Assembly: GCA_012295275.1 (NCBI GenBank)
Contig: CM022667.1
Location: 9,610,001-9,674,000, forward strand
Direction: 5' to 3'
Length of the DNA: 64,000 bases
Origin: Chrysomallon squamiferum
Lineage: Eukaryota > Animalia > Mollusca
The position numbers were made by a program, and so were the translations under genes. Below the pieces are notes generated by a model that made no database searches, had not been told where the DNA came from, and was given only the letters and a program-made list of their open reading frames with translations. The stretch's first letter is position 1. Each line of letters begins with the position of its first letter. Of the stretch, positions 51,504 to 64,000 are shown one piece after another.

Positions 51504-52057
51504 TTGTGATTAACATAGTGACTTTTTTTGTGTTGTTTTTTGTGTTTTTTTTTTTTTTTTTTTTTTTTTTTGTGTTTTTGAACATTAGCTGGCTATAGTA
51601 GTTTTAAGATTTTAAATTGGAAAATATAATAAAAACAAAGAAATATATATATATATTATAAGAATGAAATAAAAACAGGAAAGAAAGAAAATATTTTAGA
51701 CAGACACTCTACAAATACTTTAACAAATAATATAAAACTCACAATTACAGCAACATTTAATACTTGTCTATTGCTACAACAACTGCTATCAAATGTAATC
51801 AAATCAAACTGCTATCAAATGTAATAAAATAGAATCGAAACGGAATAAACGAATGCTTTCTACCGCATAATTTTAAATTTTGTTCTTTTAAATTTGTTCT
51901 TCTTGTATTTCGAAATTTAATACTTTCTATGGATTTATTATATTAATATTTACCACAATATACTGCAGTATCCGTTTTTGAACTGAAGTATTTTTAGCCG
52001 TGGTATATGATGATGTACGTAAGGTAATTGATATGAGTTCATTCATCCAAATATATA

Positions 52058-52115
52058 TAGGTCACGTGCTATACCGTCATGCGCAGAATAATGCGCACAG
52101 CAAAAAATGGCTGCT
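52058..52115 (+). promoter_or_regulatory. SNRK proximal promoter motifs
   Basis: E-box GTCACGTG (52061-68), two ATGCGCA (NRF1-half-site-like) and YY1-like AAAATGGC, 130-190 bp upstream of the ATG in a CpG-retaining patch. Confidence 0.5.
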
Positions 52116-52246
52116 GATAAATTCGAAAGGATAATATCGTTTGACAAGTCGATAATTATTGAAATACATTACTTCGCATGATGTTTTGAAGAATCAGCAT
52201 CATAGATGAAAACCTGCAGTTGTCAGTGGATTTGTAGGTTTCCATC

Positions 52247-55200
52247 ATGTCTAAGAAGAACAAAAACGACCACGATGGAAAAATCGCTGGTTTGTACGAT
52301 CTGGAGGACACGATCGGACGTGGTCATTTTGCAGTCGTTAAGTTAGCTCGACATGTCTTCACCGGCGAAAAAGTAGCTGTCAAAGTCATTGACAAGACCA
52401 AACTTGATGAGGTTTCGAAAGCGCATCTTTTCCAGGAAGTGCGATGCATGAAATTAGTGCAACATCCAAATGTCGTACGCCTGTACGAAGTTATCGACAC
52501 GCAAACAAAGTTGTATTTAATTTTAGAACTTGGGGATGGAGGAGACTTGTATGATTATATAATGAAACACGAAGGAGGCCTAAAAGAGCCGGTAGCAAGA
52601 ACCTACTTCAGACAGATCGTAGAAGCAATTTCATATTGTCACAAACTGCACGTTGTACATAGAGATTTAAAGCCAGAAAATGTTGTTTTCTTTGAAAAAC
52701 TAGGTCTAGTAAAATTGACAGATTTTGGCTTTAGTAATATGTTCAATCCAGGGTATAAACTAGAGACTTCATGTGGATCTCTAGCATATTCAGCACCAGA
52801 AATCTTACTGGGTGATTCCTATGACGCACCAGCAGTAGGTGAGTACTTGAACAGGTTCTTTTTAAATGTCATCTATCATGTGATGAAACACAATTACACC
52901 TACACCCACAAACAGATAAACAGAGTATAACACATACCATCCTATAACCAGATATACACTTATCAGGGTAGAGTGGGTGTTGATTTCAGGTTTTAAATAG
53001 AAAGTGAATTCAAGTGTGAAGATAATGTTTTAAATTCTATTAAAACTGTGCTGGGTATCTGTAGCTGTAATTACTTTATTAGATCTCTACTACCTGTCTA
53101 ACTTTAAGGATATTTTAAAATTAAAAAACAAGACATGTTGGAGATTGTCCCATGTCAACGGTTAGAATCACCTGTAACTTTACAACCTGTATAAATATAT
53201 TACTACTCAAAATCTTAGAATCCTATCCTGTAGTTTCATACACTACTCTGAATAAAGTAACCCTTCTTAAAATCTTACAATTTTACATCATATCCTCTCA
53301 TTTCATAGAATATCCTGAATAAGGTACTGCTTTTTATAGGCCAATGGTTTTCAGACTGGCTAACACTGTTGAGAAATTGCAGGTGTATGAGGTTTATAAA
53401 AATACTGAAATTGTGCAGAAATCCCCAACCAGTGAAATGTAACTTTTGTGCCTTGGAAACTTAACATGCAGTGGACAGACACTGTAACTATATGACGGTC
53501 AATAATTTGTCTCATTTATAGTTATTTCCCTTGTTGATTCCTTCTTCCTATCCCTGCAAACTTGATTTTCATGCTGATGCAGTAGGCATTTTAGACTTCA
53601 CAAGAGGTATGCCAGACAGAACGAAAAGGTACACTGAAAAAAAGATTTGGTAGCCTTTTTCAGCACATGACTCATAAGCTATGTCAGTGAATAGGTTGAC
53701 GGTCACATTTATCTACAGTCTGTAAATATAAGCTGAGAAGACAATTTTATATATTAATATATATATATATATATATATATAATAAACAATGATTTAGTTT
53801 GTTTGGAGATGACAGAATGAATACTTCGGGCTAGTGGGACATTCTGCAAGTTTGTGTAGTTTGTCACAATTAAAGGCTTTAGATAGGGAAAGATAATGTG
53901 GAAGTAGAACCTCTGGGAAAACTTTTATGATGAAATATATGCAGACACACACACACACACAGGCACACACACACACACACACACACACATCACATACAAA
54001 CATGCATAGACATGCATAGATCTAATCAGTACAAAAATATATACAGATATATACAGATACACACACACTCATGCCCAAACATATGCCCATATACATTTTC
54101 AGATTTCATAGACAGTCTTCCTTTTATTTATTTTTAAATTTTACTTTCCTTTATTTATTTATTTTTAAAAAGAAAGAAAAAAGTAAGAAAAGTGCAAAAG
54201 AACTCTATAATCACCTTTCTCTTTTAGAAATTATAAGCATACATGTGCTAGTGTTTATAAGTTTGTGAGAACCATCCCTGCTTGAAATGTTAGATCTGTC
54301 CTAGTAGTATTATATAATATGTGAAGTGCTGTTAACAAACTTTTATGAAATTAACAGAGTAGTACTGTTGTATATACAAGTGAAGCGTTGTTATCAAATT
54401 ATATACTGTCCATAACCTTAGGAATACAACCTTATTCGTTTGTTAATCATTTCATACAGTAATTCATGATGAACCTTTCAACATCGTTGTTTACTGAGTT
54501 TATTAAATATTTTAATTTAACACACACACAAACACATACAGACACACATACATGTATATTTCTTAATTTTCAAAATGGATAGTAGTAATGTTAAAATTTG
54601 AAAAAACAAAGACCTCTGAACAACAGATATAAAAACACAAACACCTCCCCAAATCCGTCACAAACAAACACAAAAACCAAATACCAAAACCAAAACTTTA
54701 ATTTACAGTGGCAGTAATACTGTTACTGTAAAAACCTAACAGAACTATTCAGTTAAATAAATTTCTTTTTCGAAGCTTACATTTCTCTGGCAAGATCCAG
54801 TTTATCCATACAATTACTCTGATGTGCTTCCAGTACTCCGGTCTGCTTTTCCATTTGTTTAGTCTACTTTTAACTTCTTAATAAACAAAATGAAGAATTC
54901 GATGTTAGAGTTAACTGATGGACAATGCAGACAGTGCAGGGAAATAACTAGGATTGTGATAATGTAGTGCTGACTGTGCTTTTAGTAGCTTCAATTCTGT
55001 GGGCTGTAAACCAGGGTGACATCTCACTGACAGATGGGAAATCACTAAGTCATGATAGTCTTCACTGTTGGCAAATAAAGTGTGCTTTTTTCGTTGTTGT
55101 TTTTAGTCTTGTCAGTCTGTTTCATTTCCAAAACAATAATGTTTATTTATATATATTTTTTATTTATTTATTTTAAATGTCTAACATTATTTATCTTTTC

Positions 55201-57690
55201 TTTTTCAATATTTATTTAAAATTTAATGTAATGTCTATACAGCCCTTATGTACTTTACATCAGTCAGTGAAGGTAACCAGATGGAAAATAGGATGAAACT
55301 TAACAAAGAAAAAAGAAATGGAAAATTTAGTCACGGATGAATGGAGTACTGTTATAAATAAACTGTAATAAAGACTTGAGCTTTAATGATAATGCAGTAG
55401 TTTAAGTTCTGGCCTGTCCTATCCTTTTATGTCCTGCCCTGCCCTGCCCTGCCCTGCCCTGCCCTGCCCTGCCCTATCCTATCCTATGTCACGCTGTGCT
55501 GTTCTGCACTATATTCTTCTATCCTGTACTGTCATGCTATCCTACCCAGTGCGGTATTGTGATCTGCTATGCTTTCTGACCTATCCTGTGCTTGTTGTTA
55601 TGCAGTATTCAGCTATGCTGTGCTATGCATCCAGCCCTGTGTTCTGTCCTCTTCTACTTTACCCATCCATTCATTTGTCTGTCTAGTTCTGTGCTGCTGT
55701 GACCACAGTTTGTTGTTTCTTTGATTTGTCCTGCAGTGACCTTCTTTGCCTAAAATTACTATCTAAACAGAGATGTAACAATTTTATTTCTTTTTAAATA
55801 AAAAATGTTTCAAAAATACATAAGTTTATAAATAAACTGATTGGTAGTCAGTATTATTAAACTTAATCATGTCTTTTTCTAAATATTATTAATATTTTTA
55901 TTTCTTATTTTTTATTATTATGTTTTTTAAAGAAAAAAAGAAAAGACAGAAGAAAACATGTAATTTAAATAGTTGCTGATTTTGCATTTAACATACCACC
56001 CCATTTTAACATCATTATTTTATTATTTTTTTAAATATAAATTACATGGTTGTTTGTTTTGTGTGTTGAGCATACACCCACTGTCACTTTTTTCAACCTA
56101 GATGTCTGAATCTTAGACAGAATGGGGTTAGGATGATTTAAACAGCAGAATTATCTTGATAAACCATTTATTTCTGTCACAGATTAAAAATATGACAAAT
56201 TGATGTTCACGCAATTTATACAGGTTAACTCTATATAGAGACAATGTAAATTGATTTTAAAGGTATTATTTATTTTTAAATATAAAACAAAAAATGTGTT
56301 CACACACACATATTACTTTGGTGTTCAGTGTAAATTGATTTAAAATATTTCTTTCTATATATAAAATATTTACTTCATATAATTCTGGTTTCTCGGTGTA
56401 GAGACCATTATTAAAGTTATAGATTTGTTATTAAAGCTTCACCTTCTTAAATTGTTTTCAGAATAAATTGAAAACAGAATTTTAAAACTATATACAAAAA
56501 AATGCTTATGTTCTTATGTCGTAAACCTGTTATATTTTTAAAAAATGCCTGGATTCTAGGATCATTTATTTATAGGTAAATTGTTAACATTTTCTTTAAA
56601 TGTTTTCTTACACTGCTTATCAGTAGGTCATTCTTCCTTGCTTTATGACTTGACTTACAAAGTTATAACACTGATACCCCAAATGACCATTGCCTTATTG
56701 AGCTGAATATATAACATTACAAGTTATTTACTGTTATTTACCCATAACATACAAGAATAATTGGAGACTGTGATAACAAATGGATAAAAGTTTGCATATG
56801 GCGTGCATGTGTGTGTATAGGTATTTGCACATGCAGGTATAATGTGTAAATTTTCATGAAGCAACAGAAATAGCTGCAACAACATTGACTGAAACCAGTC
56901 TTCTCGAGAGTGATTAAATAGATTTATAAAAACATAGCGTGCAAAGTGAACACAACACATAATAATCTACACATAGTAGTTTGATGTTGGTTCTTCTAGA
57001 ACTAAGAAATGAAAACTGAACGTATTGATTTTCATTGCGAATTTGTGGAATTTACTTAGAAATGGAAATATCTACAGTATGTCAATCAGTTCAGAGAGTA
57101 TTATTAAAAAGATTGACTGAGCAGTCTTATAATTCTATTTAATCCTTGGCTATGATTGGAGACAGTGAAGTTTTATCTAGTATGCCACTATTAAATATCA
57201 AAAACAAAATTTCAAGCAGATTTATTATTGTCTCTTACTTTATATGCATATATATATATATCTTCAATTGTTATAGCCAAAGAGTTGTAAAATGTTCTTG
57301 TTTTGCAAATAAACTGGATATTAGGTAAAATAAATGAACAAAAGGTTGAGTGCATTACGCAGTTTTCCATTCTTCATCTTTCATAAGTGCATGATATTTT
57401 GAAAACTTGCATATAAATATACAGGTGCTATACATGGTTAATACAATATCACCCCTTAACATTGCATGTGAATTTATAGGTGCCGTACCTCGCTAATATA
57501 TCTAGTCAGCTTAAAAGAGCTTGTCTGAATTTATAGGTGTTTTGCCTGGCAGTACAACTGCACACATTTACAAACATCTGAATGTATAGCTGCTGCATCA
57601 GTCTAATGTAGCTGAACATTTTAAAAAACAGCACTGGAATTTTTATAGATGCTGTTCTATACCAAAACACTACAAATATTTATTTATTTA

Positions 57691-57721
<31 letters not shown>

Positions 57722-60203
57722 GTCAGTATGTTTATAGAAATATTGAATTTAATATAGTTAATGTATCAGATGTTTAATATTTGAAAGCAGCAGCATCATT
57801 CATAATGTTGCATCATCTCCAAACCCAACTTCAGATTATATCGAATTTTAAGTCTGATGCATCAATGGCCTTGTAGTAGACTGATATATCAGCAGCCTTG
57901 GCATATATTGACAGGCTGGGTGTGGGCTGCTGTATCAGTGGATTTTGTGTAGTTGTTCTTACAAATAAGAAAGCTTTTAAAAAGCTCAGCAGGAAACTTC
58001 CTATTACAAGTTATGACTGGTACATGAAAAAGCTTTTTATCAGCAGGAAAGAGGACATAGATCCCACACGTCTTGTCAGTAGGATTGACTGCTAATTGGG
58101 AAGTGATGTTTATTAATAACCTTTTACATTAAAAATAAATATACATATATCACTGTTAGCAGAATATTAATAGAGTAACTTCACCGTCACTGTGAATTAT
58201 TTTTAAAATTTTTATATTTAGGTCTTCTGTCATTAGAAAACTGTATACTTACTTTTGAATTTTTTATTTTTTTATTATATATATATATATTGTTTTATTT
58301 TATTTTATTATTTTTTTATTTTTTGTATGGTTTTATTGTTTTTATATCTATAACTTCTTTGGTCAGTAAGGTTATATATTTTTCTGTTTTTATTTAGATT
58401 TCTTATTATTATTAAAAAAAATTCTGTTTTTATTATTATTTAAAAAAAAATGAAGAAAAAAATGAATTTATAATAAAGATGATGATTTCATTAAAATGTC
58501 CAATAATTCTCATTTCCCTACTTTTTATTTAGTTATTTGTTAATTTTATTTTATTTTATTATTATAAGTGTTTAATACAGAATATATCATTTTTCCTTCT
58601 GGGGTTGTCATCAAACATTCATCCATTCATTCATATAGAATATATATATATAAAGAAGTATTTATTTGTGAAAATAAATTTACGACTCACATTTTACTTT
58701 CCAAATGTAATAATGCTTGGTTGCAAATTGTCAGTGCCATAAAATGTTGATATATCACCTTGATTTAAAGTGCTAGAATTATTTAGAGGCAGTAAAACCT
58801 GTTGAGACTTGACAACATTTCATGATACACATTGTGTCTCATGACAAGAAAAAATAATTTAATGGCCAACGTAACAATGCGACTACTGAAATCAATCGAG
58901 AATAAATATTTTTACTCTTAGAAGATTAAACAGAATATTACTGTTTGATTTTTCTTATTAGTTTCAAATTATTATTTTTATTTTATTTTTTATTTTTTAT
59001 TTTTATCGTTTTATTTTAATTTATTTTAATTTAATTTAATTTAATTTTTTTTTTTTTTTTTAATACATTAAGTTACCTGCTTGTTTTTGCTGTATCATTA
59101 GTCTTCTCTATACATTTGTTTCCTTTTTTAAATGACAGTTTCAATAATAATTTATTTTTTTATGGATATATTGTTTCTTTGTCTGTCTGTTTGTCTGCTG
59201 TCTGTCTGTCTATATATATATATATATATATACATATAATCCATTAACCTTCATTCAATAATCTAAAAGCAATTTTCTCTTCCTTTTTTATCTCTTATTT
59301 TTGTGCCAAGTAAAAGTGATTAAACTGCAGTTTTACTTATTTATTCAAGTCAGTGACTCTTCATTAGAACTGCTGTGGAATTCTGTCTTTTTTTTTTTAA
59401 ATTTACTTATAGAGCGGTGGATTCTGTTAGTGTTTTTTATGCTCTGTAAAAGAGACTGGCACTCTGAAATTCAAATTTTCAAAAACAGATGCGTCTCCGA
59501 GGAATTCCAAAACGAGAGATCGTCAACTTGTAAATGTCAGTTCTAATGAAGTGGACCGCACACCGTAGCAGTGAAGTATTTGTACACGGTACAGTTTGTT
59601 GTGGGATCTGTACTTGTCAGTGCACTCTGTTCATGCATTATCCAGCAGCTGGTTATAATGTGTGGTTTCCTTTCTGCAGAGATGTGCAAAGAAAATATCC
59701 CTTGCTGGTGTCAGCGATTTTAAAACCTTGTCTCGGTGTCTATTGTAGTCATTATTCCACAACACACTGTGCATGTTCTTTTTTTTCTCTGCTGAAATGT
59801 GTAAAATAAAAAAATAAAAATAATCCCTTGCTGCTACCAGTAATTTTAGCTCACTGTATATCAACTCCTGGGTTTTAATATCTTAAATGTCATTAACAGT
59901 GGAAAATAACACAATTAACATTTATATAGCAGTTAGTATGTGTAGACGTGCTGTGTTGGTTAAATTTGAATCCCATCTTTGAATTACATTTAGTATAATG
60001 TTTAAGTTTAATGATTAAAACTGAAAAAAAAAGGAGTTTGTTAAAGATGTCAAAGAAAAGAGGTTAGTCTTTTACTCTCTTCTGTTGCATTAAATTGGTT
60101 AACCCCAAAACTCATACATAGCATTAATGTAAAGTACTTGATTAGTGGCCCACTGTTTTAATAATGTATAAAGTTTATAAATGGGCTAAAATTTCTATAA
60201 GCC

Positions 60204-60255
<52 letters not shown>

Positions 60256-60626
60256 CAGAATTACTAGAAAATAAACATCACATGCACACATACATAATAC
60301 ATAGAATCACAAACATCCTCTCTCTTTCCCTCTCTCTCTTTCTCTCTCAGATTTGTTATTTCACCCTATTAACATATTTGGTGAAATGAAATGATTAATG
60401 TACCAGGTAAAAGTAACATTAACTGGTAATTTTCTTGTTGCTGTGTATTCAGTTGCCTGTTAACCTTTAATAAAAGCTTTAATTGCAGATAAGAAATAAT
60501 TGTCCTGTGAGAAGAACAGGTGCAAATGTCACTGGCTATACATTAGTTCAACATCCTCTTCTTTTTTTAATCCATAAATTGTCTTTAGTGTAAGATTGCA
60601 AAACATAAGATAATGCTTGCAGCCAT

Positions 60627-60658
<32 letters not shown>

Positions 60659-61964
60659 TTTTTTTTCTTTTTCTTTTTCTCTGTTGTCATTGTTTGGTAA
60701 TAGTTCTTCTTCCATTTACATTTCTCTTCCTTCTCATTTGTGAAAGTAGCCTATAAAATAACCGGAGCTGGTTTCATCTGTCGTCAGATTGGTATCTTTC
60801 AGCCATTAAAATAAATTGTACTGAGGTGGTTGTTGCGTTGAGAGACATTTATTGCCCTGTACAGATGTATGTGTAAATACGAATTTTCATCAAAGAAATC
60901 TGGCTACGTGTATGAGTACCCTTTAGGAGTGACTGGTATCAGGATCTGTCCTCCACAAAGTATCAGTTTCATTTAGCTACACCAGTTTCAGCTTGTATAC
61001 TGAAAGCTGAGATACATGTTTACGCCTAGACGATCCCTTTGTTCTAATTTATAAGAGCAAGCTACAGCATGGCTACATCATGTTTCTTTCATTTCTTCGT
61101 TGTACAGAAACCTGATTATCAGCCTCTAAGTACTTTAGACAGAGCATATGAAAGGAGAGTGCAGTCAGTACTTTGTTCTGAGGCCACAGTACCTAAGAAG
61201 GACCCCACAGCAACCATGCCACATCCATTCCTCATCGAGAACAAACACTTTCTACTACCCTCAGCCAGACATACACTTACATTCACACACACAAACATCA
61301 CTGTACTCATCACACCACTCTAATTAATTGAATATGTTTGTTACATTATGTTACATCTGATCGTGGCAATAAAGCATTTATGAGAGTTTATATGTAGATT
61401 TACTGGACATAAAATCCCCAGTTTTGATAAGAATCTTTGCCAGCCTTGGAAACCCAAAGGTGTCTTGTACCCTCTTGGAGGGTCTGCTGTAGTGGTCATG
61501 AGTTTGACTTAACCTGTATCTACCATTTTAGTTGTCTGATTACATTCACTGATTAAGATACAACACTATCTCTAAGGTATCAGATTTATTTTCTTGGACC
61601 AGTACCATGGCCAACTACTGTCTACTTCCAAAGGTTTTTTTTATATTTTTATTTTGTTATTAGATGCTGATAATGCTCAGTAATGAAGAAATTAAAAATA
61701 CGTTAATATCTTCTTAGTGAACAAATATTCCACCATTTGTTATCGACCTTTATAGAGACTTACATATATTTCTCTATCATTTTAATGTATTTTTTAATTT
61801 ATTTATTTTATTTTTTTTTCAGATGTATGGAGTCTAGGAGTCATTCTCTACATGCTGGTGTGTGGGACTCCACCCTTTCAGGAGGCCAACGACAGCGAAA
61901 CCTTAACTATGATCATGGACTGTAAATACCAAATTCCAAGTCACATATCTAGTCAGTGTCGAGA
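52247..61964 (+). CDS. SNRK: SNF-related serine/threonine kinase, 5' part (coding exons 52247-52838 and 61823-61964; gene continues beyond the window)
   Basis: Kinase domain with [72 protein letters not shown] and [25 protein letters not shown] phase-1 GTGAGT donor joins an exon reading [36 protein letters not shown], which ends at another GTGAGT donor. Confidence 0.95.
55411..55690. repeat. Pentamer satellite: (GCCCT)n core decaying into CTRTS-type 5-mers
   Basis: Perfect GCCCT run at ~55436-55475, then degenerate 5-bp periodic CTATC/CTGTG/CTATG units. Confidence 0.75.
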
Positions 61965-62645
61965 GTGAGTAACTTTTACATAGTCACACCAGGAAGTAGC
62001 CTTTCCTGCCTGTAATTGTTTATCATGTACATTTTAGTATCATTTGCTTTGTCAGGAGGACAGCCATTAGCATTGGCTGTTTTCAGCAAACTTCCCTATT
62101 ACCTGAATCTGTCAGTTTTGTGAATGAGTTGATGTATTTGTGCCAGAAATAACTCATGCATCAGTGACTAGATATATATAAAAGTGTGAGTGTGTGTGTG
62201 TCTACTACTATATATCTAGTCAGTGATAAATAAATAAATAAATAATATCCATGCATATATATATATATATATATATATCTATATCTGAATGTATTCTTTA
62301 CAAATAAACACAGTAGATTGTTTCAGGTATTGCTCAGTGGATTTCTGAAAAGGGGTAGCTGACCTGTAATGTTTATTTGTTAGGCAATGCATTTCTTATT
62401 CCGTAACCTTTTTTTTTTTTCTTTGTATCCATGGAAACAGTTAGGCGGAATGACCAAATGTGACGTTTCCATAGCACAACATGGAATGCATATGTCACAA
62501 AGTAATTGTGAGTTTGTGAGTCTAGTGAAAGTGTGTATGAATGAATGACAGTCGAGTTAAATCTAACAGCATCTGTTGTTTCAGTCAGAAAGACAGTTTT
62601 CTGTATATTGATCACAAATATGTGTGTAATGTATGTCAGTGTATG

Positions 62646-62680
<35 letters not shown>

Positions 62681-63339
62681 TTGTGTGTGTTCTTATTATT
62701 TGATTGCATATTATTCTGATAGACAAACACTCTAAAAAAAATTATATAAAAAACTTCTTTAAATAAATACATTTTTGATTTTTTGTATTGACAACTGAAA
62801 ATAACAGTAAAACAAAATTCAAAAAAAAATTAATCCACTTTAAGAATCAGTTACATAAATGTTCAAAAATATTGTCAGGTATTAAGTATTTGTGAAAACA
62901 GTAAAAATTTACACAACAGATAAAACGATCAACTCAAAACAACAGACCTAGAAGCTTGTATACATTTATTACCATATTTTCTTTGTTTGTTGATCAAAGC
63001 CAAGCTTCATTGCACAAACAATTCTGGCTTTTGTCCAGCCAGTACAAAGGCACACTATTGTTTTGAAGTTAGTTAAGAACTAGTAACAACCTGTTTGATG
63101 TTGACTGTTTCAGCTTTGTGTCCTTTGATCTGTGTAGTAAATTAGGAAAGAAAAAAAAAAGAAAAAATGTTACATCCAAAAGCTAATAAGCAAGTTTTAA
63201 CCTGTTGATGGTGACCTTTAAAAATCCTGATTTAGACTTCACCTGTACCTTTACTGATTATAGTATGGTGACTTGTACATAATATATCATCTTCTTTTGC
63301 TATAGTTCAAAGTTTTGCTGTCAGATGTAACTTTTCTTA

Positions 63340-63915
63340 TGCCTGGGTGCCTATATTTACCTTGAAGATGATAATATTTAGTTGTCTTGTACATCATCAG
63401 GTGTGCCTGGGTATCAGTACTTTGCCATAGTTCATAGTTTTCCCTTTAGGTGGAGATACTTACCTTTATATTAAAAATATTGATATTCGTAATTCTTAAT
63501 TGTCTCATTTATATGAGGTCTGGGTGTCATCCACTTGTTTTGGTATTGAAAGTTTTAATATTAACATTTCTTAGTTGTCTCGTGTATTTTTATCAGTCTT
63601 GTCTGTTCAGTGACAAAGTATCATCTACTTACCCCACAGTTCAGAGTTTGCCAAGAGGTGGAAATGCTTACCTTGATATTAAAAATATTAATAATTTTCA
63701 TTTGTTCTACATATTTTTTTTTATGAGTTGTGCACAAGTGCTGAGGTATCCATGTCTTTGAAGGTGTTATTATTAATAATTATTAGATTCTCATCATATT
63801 TGTATCATATTGGTATCTTCTGTGATGTTTGGGTATCATCTACTTGAGCCACAGTTCAAAGTATAATTCATCTTTGTACTGAAGATGTTAATACTAACAC
63901 TTCTCAGTTGTCAAA
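63340..63915. repeat. Degenerate ~200-bp tandem duplication in an SNRK intron
   Basis: GGTGGAGATACTTACCTTTATATTAAAAATATT (~63449) vs GGTGGAAATGCTTACCTTGATATTAAAAATATT (~63657); recurring TGGGTRTCA, AGTTCA and TAGTTGTC blocks. Confidence 0.55.
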
Positions 63916-64000
63916 CTTTATTAAGCTTTTCTGTACTGATATTATAGAGAAGAAACCTGTGTCAGCAATAACAATTTTGTTATGAGGAAACCCACTGTTG

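Noticed and set aside
59650-59840. ATCCCTTGCTG-containing stretches resembling a gastropod SINE core
   Set aside because: Too short and degenerate to support without a repeat library.

Overview
AT-rich, microsatellite-rich animal genomic DNA, probably a mollusc (gastropod-like; inferred, not proven). Three spliced protein-coding genes were reconstructed by hand. COG4 is on the - strand (22 coding exons, 14389-25949, 760 aa) and lies head-to-head with SF3B3/SAP130 on the + strand (27 coding exons, 26984-45782, 1218 aa). The first two coding exons of SNRK are on the + strand (52247-61964, continuing past the window). The main non-obvious content is in SF3B3 introns. (i) Three box C/D snoRNA copies carry a SNORD126-like guide against 28S rRNA. 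(ii) One 4.85-kb intron holds a ~700-bp-spaced array of five near-identical SNORA8-like H/ACA snoRNAs, plus two diverged paralogues with altered guide pockets. (iii) A candidate poison (NMD) cassette exon has a hairpin between its branch point and 3' splice site that hides two decoy AGs. Also present are a Tigger4/MER46-like MITE in a COG4 intron, a cluster of CpG-deaminated CRE palindromes in the COG4 3' UTR, and a mosaic CpG pattern. Most short ORFs in the track are microsatellite artefacts. Family names rest on recalled reference sequences, not database searches.
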